Part shown: positions 29,088 to 31,858 of the stretch, in pieces
How the letters are laid out: every line of letters begins with the position of its first letter
How positions within the stretch are numbered: position 1 is the first letter of the stretch
Source of the DNA: Candidatus Bathyarchaeia archaeon
GTDB lineage: Archaea; Thermoproteota; Bathyarchaeia; Bathyarchaeales; Bathycorpusculaceae
Length of the DNA stretch: 31,858 nt
Assembly (NCBI GenBank): GCA_050012255.1
Contig: JBEKHN010000021.1
Location: 1-31,858 of the forward strand
Reading direction: 5' to 3'
Translations under genes and position numbers: made by a program
Notes under the pieces: generated by a model
Database searches by the model: none
What the model saw: the letters and a program-made list of their open reading frames with translations, nothing else
What the model was told of the DNA's origin: nothing

Positions 29088-29438
29088 TTAAACATGGAGT
29101 GCTTTGCGAATTTCTTCAAGGTTATTTGTGGCGACAGGGTCTGTTGACAAGTACTCTTTCAGTTTTTCGCAAGGATAATCGCCGCAATGGGCACAGGTCT
29201 TGACTCTCTTTTCTTCGGCGCACGGTTTTATCTCGCAGAGTTTTCGGCAAAAGCCAGAAATCACATCTGACTTACATCCGTGACAGTCAACGTCTTCTGG
29301 TTTGAATTTAATCTCGCTTTGATCAGACCAGTGTTTGGCTATCCGTTTTTTCCACTCAACGTCTTTCGTTTGAGTCGCTTTGAAAGCTTTGCATTCGTCA
29401 CAGTCAAGTCCACAATAAGCAATCACTTCAGAAATCAT
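29088..29438 (-). CDS. DUF3795 Cys-rich protein
   Basis: IAYCGLDCDEC, CHGC, CEIKPC, CAHCGDYPCEKL. Confidence 0.88.
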   Translation of the reverse strand: MISEVIAYCGLDCDECKAFKATQTKDVEWKKRIAKHWSDQSEIKFKPEDVDCHGCKSDVISGFCRKLCEIKPCAEEKRVKTCAHCGDYPCEKLKEYLSTDPVATNNLEEIRKALHV

Positions 29439-29541
29439 TCTATTGCCTTCTTGTTTGACGGCATCACGTGTTGAATGAGGGTAGCCAACGAGATAAACAT
29501 ACTGCAGTCATATTACGGTGACCCGATCTTTGATTTGGCTA

Positions 29542-29670
29542 GCGCGCACGCTGGACTCCAGAAATCAAATAGTCTCCACGCCAGTAATCATCTCGCCAGA
29601 CTCTTTGGCCAGACGGCATAGAGAACTAGATGTAAGTTCAGACGGATTAGAGAGTCCTTCCTGCACGCGC
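29542..29670. repeat. Degenerate GCGCGC-ended element E
   Basis: TA-GCGCGCACGCTGGACTC ... GAGTCCTTCCTGCACGCGC-TT. Confidence 0.5.
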
Positions 29671-29673
29671 TTG

Positions 29674-30693
29674 TTACATTCTTCGCTCTTGGATAACTTT
29701 GTTAAGTCGGAGGTCGCGTCTGTAGCTTGCTTTGCATGGATGTCCTTCTGCTCTCAGGATCTGAGGCGCGTTCAAAGTTGCGATGACTGACCAGATCGTG
29801 CCCAACCTTATTTTCTGCTGATGCGAACAGACGTAGCCACTGTGGTTTGACAGGATTTTTTCAGCAAGTCTAACGTTGACTTTTCCACTGTTCTCTTCTA
29901 GAATACGCGAAATCGTTGCGTATCTTGGCTGTGAATCCCATTCAGTTGTGCTTCTCGCGTTGGGGTCTTCCTTGTCCTGCATCTCTGGATGGACAAAATG
30001 GTTTGTACACACAATGAAATCTTCGCCCTTGTTGGGCCTCCGTACTCGTACTTTATCGGGCGACGCTTCGACTACGGCAATGTTTCCTTGTTTGTCGGCA
30101 AGAAGATAGTTGAAAGTTGAAACGTGCTGAACGTTTTCGAGAACTCTGACTCCTTCGTCGACGTTGGCGCATTTGTCGAGAACGCATCGGATGGCAAGGC
30201 AGAAGCTCACGCCCGGATGGTTCCCTGGAGAACTCACTCCAGTCATGGCTATGGCCAGACCTTTCTCGTTTATGCCGTCTTCCCGTCCAATGAAAACGTC
30301 TGTGTGGCCAAGACTGCTGTAACCATTTTCGGGGCAAGTTAGGTAGCTTTCGGTGTGCTTTTTGAAACTGTAGAGGAAATCGTAGTTTCGGCCGAACACA
30401 ACGTCGGAGCCTGTGAAGGAAGCGAATACACTGCAGTTAGGTTCGGCTTTGAAGGCGCCGATACTGCACATGAAACCTGTCAGCTGCTCGTACGGTGCGT
30501 TACAAGCGTCTGCAAATCCTCTGATTTCCTCTAGGATCTCGGGAAAGACGCGTTTGACTTCTGGCTCAGATTCTCTACCGAAATCGAGTTTTTCTTTCGA
30601 TTGACTTGAAACTTTGAAACCGTGTCCGTGAAGGACTGTTCCATACCTATGACCCATGTCGTAGTATGTGCCTTTTACCGTTGGATGATACAC
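29674..30693 (-). CDS. C45-family Ntn hydrolase / acyltransferase
   Basis: NCS nucleophile site, GRNYD, DGINEKGLA, TNHF. Confidence 0.9.
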   Translation of the reverse strand: MYHPTVKGTYYDMGHRYGTVLHGHGFKVSSQSKEKLDFGRESEPEVKRVFPEILEEIRGFADACNAPYEQLTGFMCSIGAFKAEPNCSVFASFTGSDVVFGRNYDFLYSFKKHTESYLTCPENGYSSLGHTDVFIGREDGINEKGLAIAMTGVSSPGNHPGVSFCLAIRCVLDKCANVDEGVRVLENVQHVSTFNYLLADKQGNIAVVEASPDKVRVRRPNKGEDFIVCTNHFVHPEMQDKEDPNARSTTEWDSQPRYATISRILEENSGKVNVRLAEKILSNHSGYVCSHQQKIRLGTIWSVIATLNAPQILRAEGHPCKASYRRDLRLNKVIQERRM

Positions 30694-30827
30694 AAGTTAT
30701 CACGTTCTAGTCTGTATTGCTGTCTTGTTTGAGATAATGGTTTCCAGAGGGTTGAGTGATTTTGTTTGCCAACGGGCAAATTTATTTGCTGGGAGGCAAT
30801 ACACTGAATCTTCAAGAAAAGGCGTCA

Positions 30828-31124
30828 ATGATGAGCGGATACGAGACAACTGAAAGGTTTCTGAAGGCTCTTGCTGACAAATCTCGACTCCGAATTCTGG
30901 AGTGCATAGGGCAGGGAGTTTCAAACCCAGGCGAAATTGCAAGGAGGCTCGATCGACATAGGTCGACTGTCGAAAAACACCTAAGAGTGCTTTTGAAAGC
31001 CAAGATTGTTGAAAAAGTTCCATCATTGACTGAGGCAGGTCAGCTTTCTATTCGTTATAAGATATGTGATGATGCGGAAGGTGTTCTGAAAACGATTTTG
31101 AACGCGGCGGCACGGGCGAAGTAA
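30828..31124 (+). CDS. ArsR-family HTH regulator
   Basis: FLKALADKSRLRIL...EIARRL..HRSTVEKHLRVL; divergent from the C45 gene; start uncertain. Confidence 0.88.
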   Translation: MMSGYETTERFLKALADKSRLRILECIGQGVSNPGEIARRLDRHRSTVEKHLRVLLKAKIVEKVPSLTEAGQLSIRYKICDDAEGVLKTILNAAARAK

Positions 31125-31231
31125 TTGTGGCGAATTGGATTATCCAACAACATAACTGTAGGCTAAGTGTTCGCCAGTGGTCGGGCTTCTTCTCATCACT
31201 CGCGCGCGCTTATTGGAGATGACGTCGTTAC

Positions 31232-31669
31232 ATGAAGAAACAAAGCTGGTATTCCAACATCGGTGTTGAAAAAATCGAAGTCACAGAATGTTTGGATTCA
31301 GGAAGCCAGAGAGTATGGATAAAGTTCGAGCCAGTGGACAAGTCAAAACGGATGGAAGTCTGCAACATTCTTGACCAACCAGAAAAAGTCAGTTGGAAAT
31401 ACAAGAACAGTCATTTTGAGACCATCGATAGTCAGAGCAAAAGCAATTATTATGGAGCTGCATCAGCTGGTAGCCTTCGCCTGGCACAAGGGACAACGGA
31501 AATCTCCAAAGATGCTGGAAGCAAGATTATTGTATTTCCTTTGGACAGGGGGGTCAGCTTGGACGTTTACAAATACGCGCTGTCAGGGGAGCGATTCTCA
31601 ATTGCAGTTGACAAACCCACGTGGGTTGGTTATGTGGTAAGCGGTAGTGGAAGCATAAGTCCGACTTGA
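31232..31669 (+). CDS. Hypothetical protein
   Basis: 145-aa ORF with upstream GGAG, lying between a GCGCGC run (31202) and palindrome copy 9. Confidence 0.65.
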   Translation: MKKQSWYSNIGVEKIEVTECLDSGSQRVWIKFEPVDKSKRMEVCNILDQPEKVSWKYKNSHFETIDSQSKSNYYGAASAGSLRLAQGTTEISKDAGSKIIVFPLDRGVSLDVYKYALSGERFSIAVDKPTWVGYVVSGSGSISPT

Positions 31670-31695
31670 GAACCAAATAGCTCTGAATCCTCCGT

Positions 31696-31739
31696 GGTCG
31701 GTCGGTCATAAAACTTTACCCCCAAACCCAAACCCAAAC
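31696..31739 (+). repeat. Island palindrome copy 9
   Basis: GGTCGGTCGGTCATAAAACTTTACCCCCAAACCCAAACCCAAAC. Confidence 0.85.
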
Positions 31740-31858
31740 TAACCTCTTTTCGACTTCCAAACAAGAGCCAGACAAAACGCCACGCAACCAACCGCAAAAA
31801 ATAGGATGAAGTCAACAGCGAAATTCCATACTGCGATGTTCCAGAAATCTGTTCGCCC

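Noticed and set aside
17300-31858. Classical integron
   Set aside because: No intI, no clear RYYYAAC...GTTRRRY attC boxes, genes on both strands.

Overview
Archaeal chromosome segment, most likely Bathyarchaeia (inferred from 16S 5' sequence and gene content; no search run). Bases 1-17.25 kb are core genome: 5' end of 16S rRNA (minus), HAD hydrolase, wHTH regulators, phosphoesterase, moaA/moaB/moaC, cdc6/orc1, pdaD, tpiA, DUF89 phosphatase, glycogen debranching enzyme, galT and SRP RNA. A complete 2,864-bp IS6-like transposon (perfect 26-bp TIRs, 9-bp target duplication, four passenger genes) sits just upstream of the rRNA TATA box. From the SRP RNA promoter to the window end is an accessory region of unrelated single genes and gene fragments in mixed orientation (GNATs, cupin, nucleotidyltransferase, flavoproteins, atypical Fpg, DpnII/MTase remnant, C45 hydrolase). 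These are punctuated by two intergenic repeat families I do not recognise: nine copies of a pseudo-palindrome GGTTTGG-GATAAAACTTTAC-CCCAAACC (with a tenth variant at the SRP promoter), and TA-GCGCGC...GCGCGC-TA inverted-repeat elements with conserved ends and unrelated interiors. The layout suggests an integron-like but non-attC cassette array. No recombinase for it is visible in the window, so the mechanism is inference.
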